Of a DNA stretch of 64,000 bases, positions 47,331 through 56,522 are shown piece after piece. Positions within the stretch are counted from its first letter, which is position 1. Every line of letters starts with the position of its first letter. The notes beneath the pieces were generated by a model that did no database searches, was not told where the DNA came from, and was given only the letters and a program-made list of their open reading frames with translations. Source of the DNA: an uncultured Micrococcaceae bacterium (lineage in GTDB: Bacteria; Actinomycetota; Actinomycetes; Actinomycetales; Micrococcaceae); assembly GCA_947502645.1 (NCBI GenBank), contig CANNAD010000003.1, forward strand, positions 54,622-118,621, read 5' to 3'. Position numbers and translations under genes: made by a program.

Positions 47331-47846
47331 ATGATCAGATTCTCGGATCCGGCTCCACGCCTGCTCACAGCCCTGTTCGTATCACTCTGCATTGTGGGCA
47401 TCACGGTGCCGGCGACAACAGCGGCCGATACCTCGAACGCCTGGCAGTGGCCGCTTGACCCCGCGCCGGAGGTCAGCCGCGAATTCAATCCGCCACCCGA
47501 GGAATGGGCGAGCGGACATCGCGGCGTCGATCTGAGAACCGCACCAGGAACCGAAGTATTGTCACCGGAGCACGGCCGCGTTGTATTCGTGGGCACGGTC
47601 GTTGATCGCTCCGTCCTGACGGTGGATCACGGAAATGGCGTCCTCAGCAGCTTTGAGCCCATCATTGCCTCAGTGGCCGAAGGCGATCAGGTATCCCGGG
47701 GAGAGCTGCTTGGCACCGCGGCCTCCGGCGGCCACTGCGGGACGTTCTGTGTTCACTGGGGAGTCAGAGTGCACGGAGAGTACATGGATCCTCTGGATTT
47801 CATCACCGATCAACGGCCCTCCGTGCTACTCCCGCTCCCCGGGTGA
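47331..47846 (+). CDS. M23 family metallopeptidase (secreted peptidoglycan endopeptidase type)
   Basis: MIRFSDPAPRLLTALFVSLCIVGITVPATTAA is a signal-like N-terminus. Also …GHRGVDLRTAPGTEVLSPEHGRVVFVG… and …VHWGVRVHGEYMDP…. The track start at 47157 is rejected. Confidence 0.85.
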   Translation: MIRFSDPAPRLLTALFVSLCIVGITVPATTAADTSNAWQWPLDPAPEVSREFNPPPEEWASGHRGVDLRTAPGTEVLSPEHGRVVFVGTVVDRSVLTVDHGNGVLSSFEPIIASVAEGDQVSRGELLGTAASGGHCGTFCVHWGVRVHGEYMDPLDFITDQRPSVLLPLPG

Positions 47847-47867
47847 CCAGCCCCGACCTCGCGAGAC

Positions 47868-49058
47868 CTAGACGAAAGCAGCAACGCCGGTGATAGCCCG
47901 CCCTGTGACCAGGGTATTGATCTCATGAGTACCCTCATAGGAGTAGATGGCCTCGGCATCAGCAAAGATCTTTGCCATCTCGTAGTCAACAACGATGCCG
48001 TTGCCGCCCAGGATCGCACGGCCGTGGGCAACACTTTCCCGCATCCGCGCGGTGGTGAAAGCCTTGGCCAGAGCTGACTGCTCGTCCTTGGCAGCACCCG
48101 CATCCTCAAGCTGCGCGAGCCGGACCATCATGCCCAGCGAGCTGACGGTGTTGCCCAGGATCTGCACGAGCTTGTCCTGGATGAGCTGGAAGGACGCCAG
48201 CGGACGCCCGAACTGCTGACGCTCAACGGCGTAGCGCCGGGCAACATCGAACGCTGCCATCTGCTGGCCCACGGCCTGCCACGCCACCGCAAGCCGGGTG
48301 ACCTTGAGGACTTTGTTCGTGTCCTTGAAACTATTGGCTCCCTTGAGGTGGAAATCATCACTGATCACCAGGTTATCGAGCACAATATTTGCATTCTCCA
48401 CCGACCGGAGGGAGATCTTGTTCTCGATCTTCGTCGCCGAGTAGCCCTCAAGGGTGGTGTCAACCAGGAACCCCTTGACCTGATTGTCAGCAACGTCGCG
48501 CGCGTAGATGACTACCCAGTCAGAGAATGTGGCATTACCGATCCAGCGCTTCTCACCATTGAGAATCCAGTTATCGCCGTCGCGCTGGGCCGTGGTCCGG
48601 GTGCCGCCGGCGACGTCGGATCCGCCCAGCGGCTCGGTCAGGCCGAACGCGCCAATCTTCTTGAGCGAGTAGATGTCCGGAAGCCAGGCTGCCTTCTGCT
48701 CTTCCGAGGCAAGAGCCTCAATGGACCCGGTGAACAGACCGTCGTGGACGCCGAGGAAGGTAGCGATCGAGGTATCCGCACGAGTGAATTCCGCATGCGC
48801 AAGACCTGCGAAGAGACTCGAGTGCCCCTGTCTGTACACGGGGCTGACGACGTCGAGTTCGGCCATTTTCGGAATAATTGAACGTGGGAAGACACCCTCG
48901 TTCCACGCCTCTGCCGCAATGGGCTTGACCTCAGCCTTCAACCATTCCCGGATTTCGCCCAGGCGGTTCCGCTCAGCCTCCGGCAGAAGCTCCTCAAAAG
49001 CGTAGAAGTCACCGTCTCCATAGGGGAGATTATCGGGATCAATTACAGGTTTGGCCAT
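47868..49058 (-). CDS. acyl-CoA dehydrogenase family protein (glutaryl-CoA dehydrogenase-like)
   Basis: …GAFGLTEPLGGSDVAGGTRTTA…RWIGNATFSD…. GAAGGA SD before ATG 49058. Confidence 0.88.
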   Translation of the reverse strand: MAKPVIDPDNLPYGDGDFYAFEELLPEAERNRLGEIREWLKAEVKPIAAEAWNEGVFPRSIIPKMAELDVVSPVYRQGHSSLFAGLAHAEFTRADTSIATFLGVHDGLFTGSIEALASEEQKAAWLPDIYSLKKIGAFGLTEPLGGSDVAGGTRTTAQRDGDNWILNGEKRWIGNATFSDWVVIYARDVADNQVKGFLVDTTLEGYSATKIENKISLRSVENANIVLDNLVISDDFHLKGANSFKDTNKVLKVTRLAVAWQAVGQQMAAFDVARRYAVERQQFGRPLASFQLIQDKLVQILGNTVSSLGMMVRLAQLEDAGAAKDEQSALAKAFTTARMRESVAHGRAILGGNGIVVDYEMAKIFADAEAIYSYEGTHEINTLVTGRAITGVAAFV

Positions 49059-49167
49059 GACGTCGTCCTTCTTGCCGCGTTCATACTGATATCGGGAGCC
49101 GGTCACCCAACCCTGCGACCATGTTACCCGTGAGTAACTTACGGATTCAATCCAGAACGCAAAAATC

Positions 49168-49199
49168 CCGGTTCGGAAGAGAAAATTCTTCCGAACCGG
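49168..49199 (-). terminator. intrinsic terminator immediately downstream of tRNA-Met
   Basis: CCGGTTCGGAAGA gaaaat TCTTCCGAACCGG (13-bp perfect stem), followed on the minus strand by GATTTTTG. Confidence 0.65.
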
Positions 49200-49208
49200 A
49201 ATCAGCCG

Positions 49209-49282
49209 TAGGGCTACTCGGACTTGAACCGAGGACCTTAGGATTATGAGTCCCGCGCTCTAACCAGCTGAGCTATAGCCCC
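49209..49282 (-). tRNA. tRNA with CAT anticodon (elongator tRNA-Met; tRNA-Ile2/lysidine not excluded)
   Basis: Minus-strand cloverleaf folded by hand: GGGGCTA TA GCTC AGCTGGTTA GAGC G CGGGA CTCATAA TCCTA AGGTC CTCGG TTCAAGT CCGAG TAGCCCT A. CCA is not encoded. Confidence 0.88.
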
Positions 49283-49350
49283 ATGGAACGCACATGTTCC
49301 GACAACCTAAACATACTAATCGACTCCGCGACCGTCAGGGCAACCGAAGA

Positions 49351-50547
49351 CTAGATCTTCACGGATTCGCTCGAGGCACCGTAGTACAGCGCCTCGAAGG
49401 TCTCCACGGTTTTCTCGTGGCTATGCCTGCCAACCATTTCCCTGCTGGCTTTGCCCATGGCACGCAGCTGATCGTCGGGAAGGGTCAGGATCCTCGTCAT
49501 CTTCTCCGCCAGATCCACGCTGTCATGTGGTATGAACAGAAATCCATTGACGCCGTCCTCGACCAGATGAGGCAGAGCCATGGCATCAGCGAGTACAACG
49601 GGAGTAGACGCCGACATGGCTTCCAGCGTGACCAACGACTGCAGCTCAGCTGTCCCCGGCATAACGAACAGGTCCGCGCGCAGATAGGCCTGACGGAGTT
49701 CGTCATCATCCACAAGACCGTGGAACTTCACCCGGTCCCCCAGACCAAGGCTGGCTACCTGGGACTCAAGAGCAGACTTGACTTCGCCGCCGCCCACCAC
49801 TTCCAGGTGGATATCAAGTGCAGGGTCCGTCAACGCCAGCGCATCAATGAGAACGTTGATATTTTTCTCCTCGGCCAGCCTTCCTGCGAAGAGCACCGTC
49901 GGGTGGGCCGGCCGCTCCACCACTTCCCCCGGCGCCAGTTCATAGGCACTGGCATCGATGCCGTTGGAGAGCGGGAGCACGGTGGTGAGGAACGCGTGAT
50001 CGTACATGGCCTTCGCCGCCAGAGGAGTCGGTGTGGTCACGACATCCGCCTGCCCCATGACCTTGCCCATGTCGCGCCACGAGTTGCGACCGACAATGTC
50101 CTTGAACCACTGGGGGAACGGCAGGAATGGATTCAGGTTCTCGGGCATGAAGTGGTTCGTGGCCACAACCCGGATCCCGCGGCGCACAGCCTCGTAGAGG
50201 ACGTGCTCGCCAATCATGTAGTGGCTCTGAACATGCACGACGTCGGGCTGAACCCGGTCAAAGAGCATTTTCAGGTGCGCTTTGATTTCCCAGGGAAGAC
50301 AGATCCGGAAGTACTCGTGGGTGAACACTCCGCGCGACCGCAAGCGGTGGACGGTACCCTCTTCCCGAAACTCAGTGAACGGGCCGCCAGGGCCTCCCCG
50401 CGGAGCAACCACATGCACATCATGACCGCGGGCCTTCATGCCCCGGGCCAACCGATACCCGAACTGGGCAGCACCGTTGATATTCGGATAATACGTATCC
50501 GCGGCAATGAGAATTGTCAGAGGTTTGCGTCCGGCCGGTTCCGTCAC
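49351..50547 (-). CDS. GT4-family (GT-B fold) glycosyltransferase
   Basis: 398 aa: …ILIAADTYYPNINGAAQFGYRLARGMKARGHDVHVV… and C-terminal …LEAMSASTPVVLADAMALPHLVEDGVNGFLF…. GTG start. Confidence 0.88.
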   Translation of the reverse strand: MTEPAGRKPLTILIAADTYYPNINGAAQFGYRLARGMKARGHDVHVVAPRGGPGGPFTEFREEGTVHRLRSRGVFTHEYFRICLPWEIKAHLKMLFDRVQPDVVHVQSHYMIGEHVLYEAVRRGIRVVATNHFMPENLNPFLPFPQWFKDIVGRNSWRDMGKVMGQADVVTTPTPLAAKAMYDHAFLTTVLPLSNGIDASAYELAPGEVVERPAHPTVLFAGRLAEEKNINVLIDALALTDPALDIHLEVVGGGEVKSALESQVASLGLGDRVKFHGLVDDDELRQAYLRADLFVMPGTAELQSLVTLEAMSASTPVVLADAMALPHLVEDGVNGFLFIPHDSVDLAEKMTRILTLPDDQLRAMGKASREMVGRHSHEKTVETFEALYYGASSESVKI

Positions 50548-50582
50548 AAGAGGTTCTTCCAGTTAGGTGTTGGGGGAAGCGG

Positions 50583-51473
50583 CTACTGCCGCCGTCGTTC
50601 ATTCTGCCGCTGCAGGACATCAGGATGATGTCTGGACAACGCGACAACTCCAACAATAGCAACCATCGCAGCCACCCCCATGGCCACCGCTGTGACCGGC
50701 TGCACATCCGGTCGGAGTTCACCCAGAACGGCTATCCCGACCGCAATTCCCACGATGGGATCGATGACCGTCAAGCCAGCGATCACCAGGTCAGGCGGGC
50801 CGGAGGAGTAGGCGCTCTGCACGAACCAGGAACCCAGCGCCGCAGCTGCCGCGATCGCGATAACCGAGTAGATCGGGACGTTCAGCAGGAAACGGCCGTT
50901 GGGGTCCAGGAGGTGGGTCGCGATGATTTTCGTCAGGACGGCGACGAAACCAAACAGGACTCCCGCCCCGAGAATGTAGGCAAAGGCCCCCATCCGACGT
51001 CGAAACAAGAGGGCAAGACTGCCGAAAAGACCGACCGCGCAGCCGACAAGAAGCACGGTCGTCAGCTCCTCCGGCCCGCTCACGGAAGTGCTGCTGCGCG
51101 TCACGTTCACGGCCATCACCACAAAAATGGCACTCCCCGCAACACAGGCCGTGATGGCAACGACAGTAATGCGGTTCAACCGCAGACCCATCTCCCGCGA
51201 ATTGACCACGGTGGTGATCACCAGGGCAATCGCTCCGATGGGCTGGACCACCGTCAGCGAGGCGGTCGCCAGGGCAACAATATTCAGCGCCATGCCGAAA
51301 CCCAGCAGAAGAAGGCCGAACACCCAGCGCGGGTTACGCAGCAGCCGAAGAAAACCGTTGGAGGTGAGGGCCAATCCTCCACTCGAAGCCCGAACCGCGC
51401 TCCCCTGCCGCTGGGCGCCGAAGGCGAGGAAAACAGCGCCAAGGAGCGCACAACCAATGGCGAGCCAGACCAT
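50583..51473 (-). CDS. polytopic (about 9-10 TM) membrane protein, transporter-like, family unassigned
   Basis: About 296 aa, almost entirely hydrophobic helices. ATG 51473 overlaps the upstream TGA by 1 nt (TGATG). The track uses TTG 51476. Confidence 0.55.
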   Translation of the reverse strand: MVWLAIGCALLGAVFLAFGAQRQGSAVRASSGGLALTSNGFLRLLRNPRWVFGLLLLGFGMALNIVALATASLTVVQPIGAIALVITTVVNSREMGLRLNRITVVAITACVAGSAIFVVMAVNVTRSSTSVSGPEELTTVLLVGCAVGLFGSLALLFRRRMGAFAYILGAGVLFGFVAVLTKIIATHLLDPNGRFLLNVPIYSVIAIAAAAALGSWFVQSAYSSGPPDLVIAGLTVIDPIVGIAVGIAVLGELRPDVQPVTAVAMGVAAMVAIVGVVALSRHHPDVLQRQNERRRQ

Positions 51474-52102
51474 CAACCGGGTATCTCGTCAGTGGAGGAG
51501 CTCCGCTTCAGCCGGTGATACTTGCGCCTCACCTTGAACAGGTAGTCAACAAAAGCAACAAGATGCCCGGCGCAACCTATCGCAAGGATCACCGTAGCTG
51601 TTGTCAGGAGCCCGTCACTGTCGAAGCCCGGCACACGATGCAACAAGAGCAACGGCGTCCCCAACAGGAGGAGGGCTGTGCGGATCTTCCCGATGTTACT
51701 CACCGGCAGATCCGGATTGCCGTGGAACAGCAACAACCCGTAGGCCACCAGAATGACGTCCGGGATAACGATGAAATACACCAACCAGTTGGGTGCAATC
51801 CCGTGGATGACGAAAGTCGCAGCGACAACAATCAGCGCGAGCCTGTCCGCTACCGGATCAAGCCACCGGCCAACCACGGACACCTGGTTCAGAAACCGTG
51901 CAAAGTATCCATCAACCCAGTCCGTTGAACCGAGGACGACCAGCGTCACCACGGCCCGCCCGTATTGCTCCTGACCAACAAACCACACAAACACGGGGAC
52001 CAAGGCGAAGCGAACAAGGGTGATCAGATTGGGAACAGTCCAGAATCCGGTCAGCAACTTCGGTTCCACACCGGGCCGTTGCCCGGCACCTATCAAGCGC
52101 AT
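51473..52102 (-). CDS. CDP-alcohol phosphatidyltransferase family protein
   Basis: 209 aa with a perfect family motif: DWVDGYFARFLNQVSVVGRWLDPVADR (D-x2-DG-x2-AR-x8-G-x3-D-x3-D). Confidence 0.85.
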   Translation of the reverse strand: MRLIGAGQRPGVEPKLLTGFWTVPNLITLVRFALVPVFVWFVGQEQYGRAVVTLVVLGSTDWVDGYFARFLNQVSVVGRWLDPVADRLALIVVAATFVIHGIAPNWLVYFIVIPDVILVAYGLLLFHGNPDLPVSNIGKIRTALLLLGTPLLLLHRVPGFDSDGLLTTATVILAIGCAGHLVAFVDYLFKVRRKYHRLKRSSSTDEIPG

Positions 52103-52180
52103 CCCTGCCGCCTCCCCACGGATAACTCCCCTCGTGACATACCCGCGCAGCTTCCCCCGTTCAGGAGGCGGAAGCCTTCC

Positions 52181-52978
52181 TCACTTCTGAAGCAGCCTAC
52201 GCGCCATGACCGCCATGGCGCCGACAGAGACGGCAAGCACAACCAACGGCTTCCAGCGCATCGGTGAACGGGCATCGGAGCCGGAGCGGTGGGATCCGCT
52301 ACCCGACGACGCCAGATGGGCTTTGACATTGTCAACGGATGAGGCAGCACTTCGTTTCAGTGCCGCTTTGCGCGCCTTGGGGTCCAGCTCGCGGCCAAGA
52401 CCGTCCCGAACAGCGGCCATGTGTTCACGACGTTCGCGTGTGCGCGACTTCAACGCACCGATGGACGGAGCGGGCGCAGACTTCTTGGCGTCCTTTTCCT
52501 TCTTCTTGTCATCGGTCTTGCGCTTCTTCTCCGGCTTCTCATCCAGCGTGGACTCGTCGAAGCTCTTGCCTTCCTTGAGCACGCCGATGTCGTGGCGCAC
52601 GCCACGGATGGCATCTTCAGGCAGTAGCGGAAGGGCCTTCTTGAGTTTGGACAGGCCGATCAAGGCAAGTATTACGAGGATGACCAGGAAAAGACCGCCG
52701 ACCGCGAGGGCGGCAAGCCACGGTTCCATGACGTTGGACAGCCCAGCAATAGCTGCAACGATCAATGCGACAGCAAGGAACGCCAGGAAAATCAGAGCAA
52801 CAACAAAGAAGGCAACAGCAATGCCTGCCTGGATGCCCTTCTGCTTCATCTGTGTCAGCGCCAGCGAGAATTCATCTGCGACCTGACGTGGCGTCAGCCT
52901 GGTCATGACCTTGAACAGTCCTACGAGTGACGTCCGTTTGTTCGCTCTACTGCCGCGTGCTCTAGTCGAGGTGCTCAT
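52181..52978 (-). CDS. membrane protein: Holin-X-like two-TM N-domain, Lys-rich linker, DUF3618-like segment, and C-terminal TM
   Basis: 265 aa: …KGIQAGIAVAFFVVALIFLAFLAVALIVAAI…LAALAVGGLFLVILVILALIGL…, then KPEKKRKTDDKKKEKDAKK, ending in a TM. GGAGG SD. Family names are from memory. Confidence 0.45.
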   Translation of the reverse strand: MSTSTRARGSRANKRTSLVGLFKVMTRLTPRQVADEFSLALTQMKQKGIQAGIAVAFFVVALIFLAFLAVALIVAAIAGLSNVMEPWLAALAVGGLFLVILVILALIGLSKLKKALPLLPEDAIRGVRHDIGVLKEGKSFDESTLDEKPEKKRKTDDKKKEKDAKKSAPAPSIGALKSRTRERREHMAAVRDGLGRELDPKARKAALKRSAASSVDNVKAHLASSGSGSHRSGSDARSPMRWKPLVVLAVSVGAMAVMARRLLQK

Positions 52979-53129
52979 GTACCCCGCCTCCGTCCGGTGT
53001 CTTTGATCGTGGTCGATGATGGGCGGCCATCGTCTTAGTACCTAAAATTACCATTCCCTCACGGGCATGGAACCCTTAGACGAACCTTATCCCTCATGCG
53101 GCGGAAGCAGCAGTGCCATTAAATGAAAA

Positions 53130-53158
53130 TTCCCCGCCCTGCGATGCAGGGCGGGGAA
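53130..53158 (-). terminator. intrinsic terminator immediately downstream of tRNA-Asn
   Basis: TTCCCCGCCCTGC gat GCAGGGCGGGGAA (13-bp perfect stem), followed on the minus strand by TTTTCATTT. Confidence 0.7.
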
Positions 53159-53162
53159 ATGC

Positions 53163-53238
53163 TGGCTCCCCCGACTGGACTCGAACCAGTAACCCTTCGA
53201 TTAACAGTCGAATGCTCTGCCAATTGAGCTACGGGGGA
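53163..53238 (-). tRNA. tRNA-Asn (GTT), CCA encoded
   Basis: Minus strand: TCCCCCG TA GCTC AATTGGCA GAGC A TTCGA CTGTTAA TCGAA GGGTT ACTGG TTCGAGT CCAGT CGGGGGA G CCA. Confidence 0.93.
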
Positions 53239-53299
53239 AAGCGGCAGACATAACTCTACAAGGGTTCTCGGCGGAAGTTAAATCGGGCCGGTTGGGGCT

Positions 53300-55198
53300 T
53301 TAGGAGAGTTCACTTCTCAGCTGCCGGCGCTCCATTTCAAGCTGCATGAGTTCCCTGTTCAGTTCCTGGACCCGGGCCGGATCTGCGGAGGCATCGAGTC
53401 GCTGAAGTTCGCCGAGTTTCTCCGCCTTCTGGTGTGTAATGTTCAGCTCGAAGAGGCGGTTGAGGATGTCCCGGCAATACGCGGCCATGGCATCGGCGTC
53501 CCTGGCTGGGATAGGAGACACGGCGAGCTCGCTGACCAACGGGCCCAGCACCTCCGGCACTTCCTGACGGATCTGTTCAACCCACCCGGTGGCTGTGGGC
53601 CCTGCTGATCCTGCGGCACGGATGGCAGTGTGGACCGCTATATAGGCGGGAACAGTCAGTGTGGCCGCAGCAAATCGCTGCCACTGCGACTCATCCAGCA
53701 ACCCGGACTGCTGGACAACAACTTCCAGCGCTTCCCGTTCCAGCTTCGCCACACGATCGTGTGGGTCCGGGCGTGTGAATCGTTGCTGCTCCGCATTGTC
53801 CTGACGTGGTGCCGGTTCATCCCGGTCCCCCACCGGGGCCTGCCGCGTATCTGCTTTCGCAGAGGCCAGGCGTTTCGTGGCTGATCCGACAGCGCGAAGG
53901 ACATCATCAACATCCGTGCCCAACCACTTCGCCAGCTCACGGGAGTAGGCCGGACGCATCGCTGAGTCACGGATCTGGGCGACTACCGGAGCGGCCGCCC
54001 GCAATGCCTGGACCCTCCCCTCGACGGTCGTCAGATCAAAGTTCTTCAGCGATGCCTTGATAGCGAATTCGAACAGGGGCCGACGCGACGATATGAGCTC
54101 TCCAACGGCTGAATCACCTCTGCTCTGGCGCAGCTCACAAGGGTCTGCGCCACTGGGCTCTACCGCCACGAAAGTCTGGGCCACGAACTTCTGGTCCTCT
54201 TCGAAGGCCCTCAGTGCGGCCTTCTGCCCCGCTGCATCGCCGTCGAAGGTGAAGATCACCTCTCCGCCGGTGCCGTCGTCGGACAGCAGCCGCCGTGCGA
54301 TCTTCACGTGTTCAGAGCCGAATGCGGTACCGCAGGTAGCAACCGCCGTTGTGATGCCCGCCAGATGGCACGCCATGACGTCCGTGTAGCCCTCAACGAC
54401 GACGAGCTGGCGTTTGCGTGCAATATCCCGCTTGGCGAGGTCAATCCCGTACAGCACCTGAGATTTGCTGTAGAGCGGTGTCTCCGGCGTGTTGAGGTAT
54501 TTCGGGCCCTGGTCGTCGTCGAACAGTCGACGGGCACCGAAACCGATGGTGTCCCCTGTGATACTGCGGATAGGCCAGACCAGCCGGCCGCGAAAGCGAT
54601 CATAGATTCCCCGGGAACCCTCCGAGAACATTCCACTGCGCTTCAGCTCGTCCTGGGTGAAACCACGAGAGCTCAGATGCCGCAGGAGGTGATCCCAACC
54701 CTTCGGAGCGAAACCGACGCCGAAGTGGTCCGCTGCCTGCCGATCGAAGCCACGTTCCTGCAGGAACCGCCGGGCCTCCGCAGCGCCGGGCTCATTGATC
54801 TGCTCACGGAAGAACTCAGCCGCAATCTTGTGCGCATCCAGGAGCCGCTGGCGCTTACCGACATCCTCGCGCTTCGGACCGACGCCGTCTTCGTAATGCA
54901 GTTCAAAACCGATGCGGCCGGCAAGCTTCTCCACCGCCTCAACGAAGCTGATGTGGTCGAGCTTCTGCACGAAGGAGATGACGTCGCCGCCCTCTCCGCA
55001 CCCGAAACAGTGATAATTACCCACCTGCGGCCGGACATGGAACGACGGCGAGCGCTCGTCGTGGAAGGGGCACAGGCCTTTGAATGATCCGACGCCGGCG
55101 GACCGGAGGGTGACGTAGCCGTCGACGACTTCCTTGATGTCGGTGCGTTCGCGGACTTCGTCTATGTCCTCGCGCTTGATCAGTCCTGCCATGTTCAA
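53300..55198 (-). CDS. dnaG: DNA primase
   Basis: 632 aa with a zinc ribbon (CPFHDERSPSFHVRPQVGNYHCFGCGEGGD) and a TOPRIM domain (…VVVEGYTDVMA…). Confidence 0.96.
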   Translation of the reverse strand: MNMAGLIKREDIDEVRERTDIKEVVDGYVTLRSAGVGSFKGLCPFHDERSPSFHVRPQVGNYHCFGCGEGGDVISFVQKLDHISFVEAVEKLAGRIGFELHYEDGVGPKREDVGKRQRLLDAHKIAAEFFREQINEPGAAEARRFLQERGFDRQAADHFGVGFAPKGWDHLLRHLSSRGFTQDELKRSGMFSEGSRGIYDRFRGRLVWPIRSITGDTIGFGARRLFDDDQGPKYLNTPETPLYSKSQVLYGIDLAKRDIARKRQLVVVEGYTDVMACHLAGITTAVATCGTAFGSEHVKIARRLLSDDGTGGEVIFTFDGDAAGQKAALRAFEEDQKFVAQTFVAVEPSGADPCELRQSRGDSAVGELISSRRPLFEFAIKASLKNFDLTTVEGRVQALRAAAPVVAQIRDSAMRPAYSRELAKWLGTDVDDVLRAVGSATKRLASAKADTRQAPVGDRDEPAPRQDNAEQQRFTRPDPHDRVAKLEREALEVVVQQSGLLDESQWQRFAAATLTVPAYIAVHTAIRAAGSAGPTATGWVEQIRQEVPEVLGPLVSELAVSPIPARDADAMAAYCRDILNRLFELNITHQKAEKLGELQRLDASADPARVQELNRELMQLEMERRQLRSELS

Positions 55199-55226
55199 CG
55201 CCTCATAGCGTGGGTGATCGGGTCCG

Positions 55227-56522
55227 TCACAAGAGTGTCCTGCGGCTGCCGGCGAGGCGTTCGTGCCAGGCGATTGCTGAGGCGTCAGTCAGTGAGGCCA
55301 CCTGGTCGATGACTACCCTGAGGCGTGCGTCGTCGGACTCGGCTGTGCGCCAGTCACCGGCGAACATGGCTTCGAGGTGTGCATCTCCTGTGGCCGAGAG
55401 GAGGGCCACCAGTTCGGAGAGGAGCTCGCGCTGGCGTTCGTAGATGGGCTGGCGGTGGTCGCTGGTCATGACGAACGTGGTGGCCAGGCCCTTCATGACG
55501 GCAATTTCGTGCCGTGTTTCCGGCGGAACGACCACTTCGGCGCCGTAGCGCGTGAGTGCTTCTGATCCGTAGATTTCCCTGGTGGCGGCCATGGCGCTGA
55601 GGCAGAATCGGCCGATGAGCTGGCTTGTCATGTCCTTCAGTGCAGCCATGGACCTCCGGCTGCCGTCTGCGTCGCGGACCCAGACGTCCGTGGCCTGCAG
55701 CCGGTCCAGGGCGGCCTCCACTTCTGCTGGGTCGCTTTGCGGCAGATACCACTGACGGGTATAGCCGACGACGCGTGCGCGGTGGTCCCGGTTGTCCAGA
55801 TATTTCAGCTGCAGGTGACCGGCGACGATGGCGTCCTCGACGTCGTGCACGGAGTATGAAATGTCATCGGCGAGGTCCATGACCTGTGCCTCGATGCAGG
55901 ACTGGCCGTCCGGGGCGCCTTCGCGTAGCCAGTTGAACACGGGAAGATCGTCTTCGTAGGCGCCGAATTTGGTAGTGCGTTGGCCGCCGATAACGGGTGC
56001 ATCCAGGGCTGACCACGGATATTTGCACGATGCATCCAGGCTCGCACGGGTCAGGTTCAGGCCTGCTGGTGAGCCGTCCGCAGCCACCATTTTCGGTTCC
56101 AGCCGCGTCAGGAGCCGGAGTGTCTGTGCGTTGCCTTCAAATCCGCCGATGGCATGTGCCATGGCGTGAAGGGCCGTTTCGCCGTTGTGGCCGAACGGCG
56201 GATGTCCAAGATCATGGGCCAGGCAGGCTGCGTCGACAACATCCGGATCGCAGCCGAGCGAGCGTCCCAGTTCCCGTCCGACCTGGGCGACCTCGAGGCT
56301 GTGGGTCAGCCTGGTCCGGACAAAATCATCCGTGGTCGGTGAAACCACCTGGGTTTTGGCGCCGAGTCTGCGAAGTGCGGAGGAATGCAGCACGCGCGCC
56401 CGGTCCCGCTCGAACGGTGTGCGGAAGGTACTCTTCTCTGGTTCCTGCGCCCATCGGAGGCGGTCCACCGGGGTATAGCCGCCGGCGCCCGCCAGTTCGT
56501 TCATCTGCATCTGCTCAACCAC
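55227..56522 (-). CDS. dgt: dGTP triphosphohydrolase family (HD domain) protein
   Basis: 431 aa: …RTRLTHSLEVAQVGRELG…CLAHDLGHPPFGHNGE…. dgt-dnaG context. Confidence 0.92.
   Translation of the reverse strand: MVEQMQMNELAGAGGYTPVDRLRWAQEPEKSTFRTPFERDRARVLHSSALRRLGAKTQVVSPTTDDFVRTRLTHSLEVAQVGRELGRSLGCDPDVVDAACLAHDLGHPPFGHNGETALHAMAHAIGGFEGNAQTLRLLTRLEPKMVAADGSPAGLNLTRASLDASCKYPWSALDAPVIGGQRTTKFGAYEDDLPVFNWLREGAPDGQSCIEAQVMDLADDISYSVHDVEDAIVAGHLQLKYLDNRDHRARVVGYTRQWYLPQSDPAEVEAALDRLQATDVWVRDADGSRRSMAALKDMTSQLIGRFCLSAMAATREIYGSEALTRYGAEVVVPPETRHEIAVMKGLATTFVMTSDHRQPIYERQRELLSELVALLSATGDAHLEAMFAGDWRTAESDDARLRVVIDQVASLTDASAIAWHERLAGSRRTLL

Noticed and set aside
49209-49282. The CAT-anticodon tRNA as an initiator tRNA-fMet
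   Set aside because: The anticodon stem has G29-G30-A31 rather than three consecutive G-C pairs. Positions 1 and 72 pair (G-U) instead of showing the bacterial initiator 1:72 mismatch. This makes it an elongator Met or Ile2 type.
49294-50628. 444-aa plus-strand ORF antisense to the GT4 glycosyltransferase gene, running across the tRNA-proximal region
   Set aside because: It has no motifs and an Arg/His/Gln-rich composition. The GT4 reading on the minus strand has clear family signatures.
49209-53238. Possibility that the tRNA-bracketed segment is an integrated mobile element or genomic island
   Set aside because: There is no integrase, recombinase, transposase or phage gene. I found no repeat of either tRNA 3' end, and no obvious compositional break by eye. 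The content is envelope biosynthesis. It is kept as a functional module in the findings, not as a mobile element.
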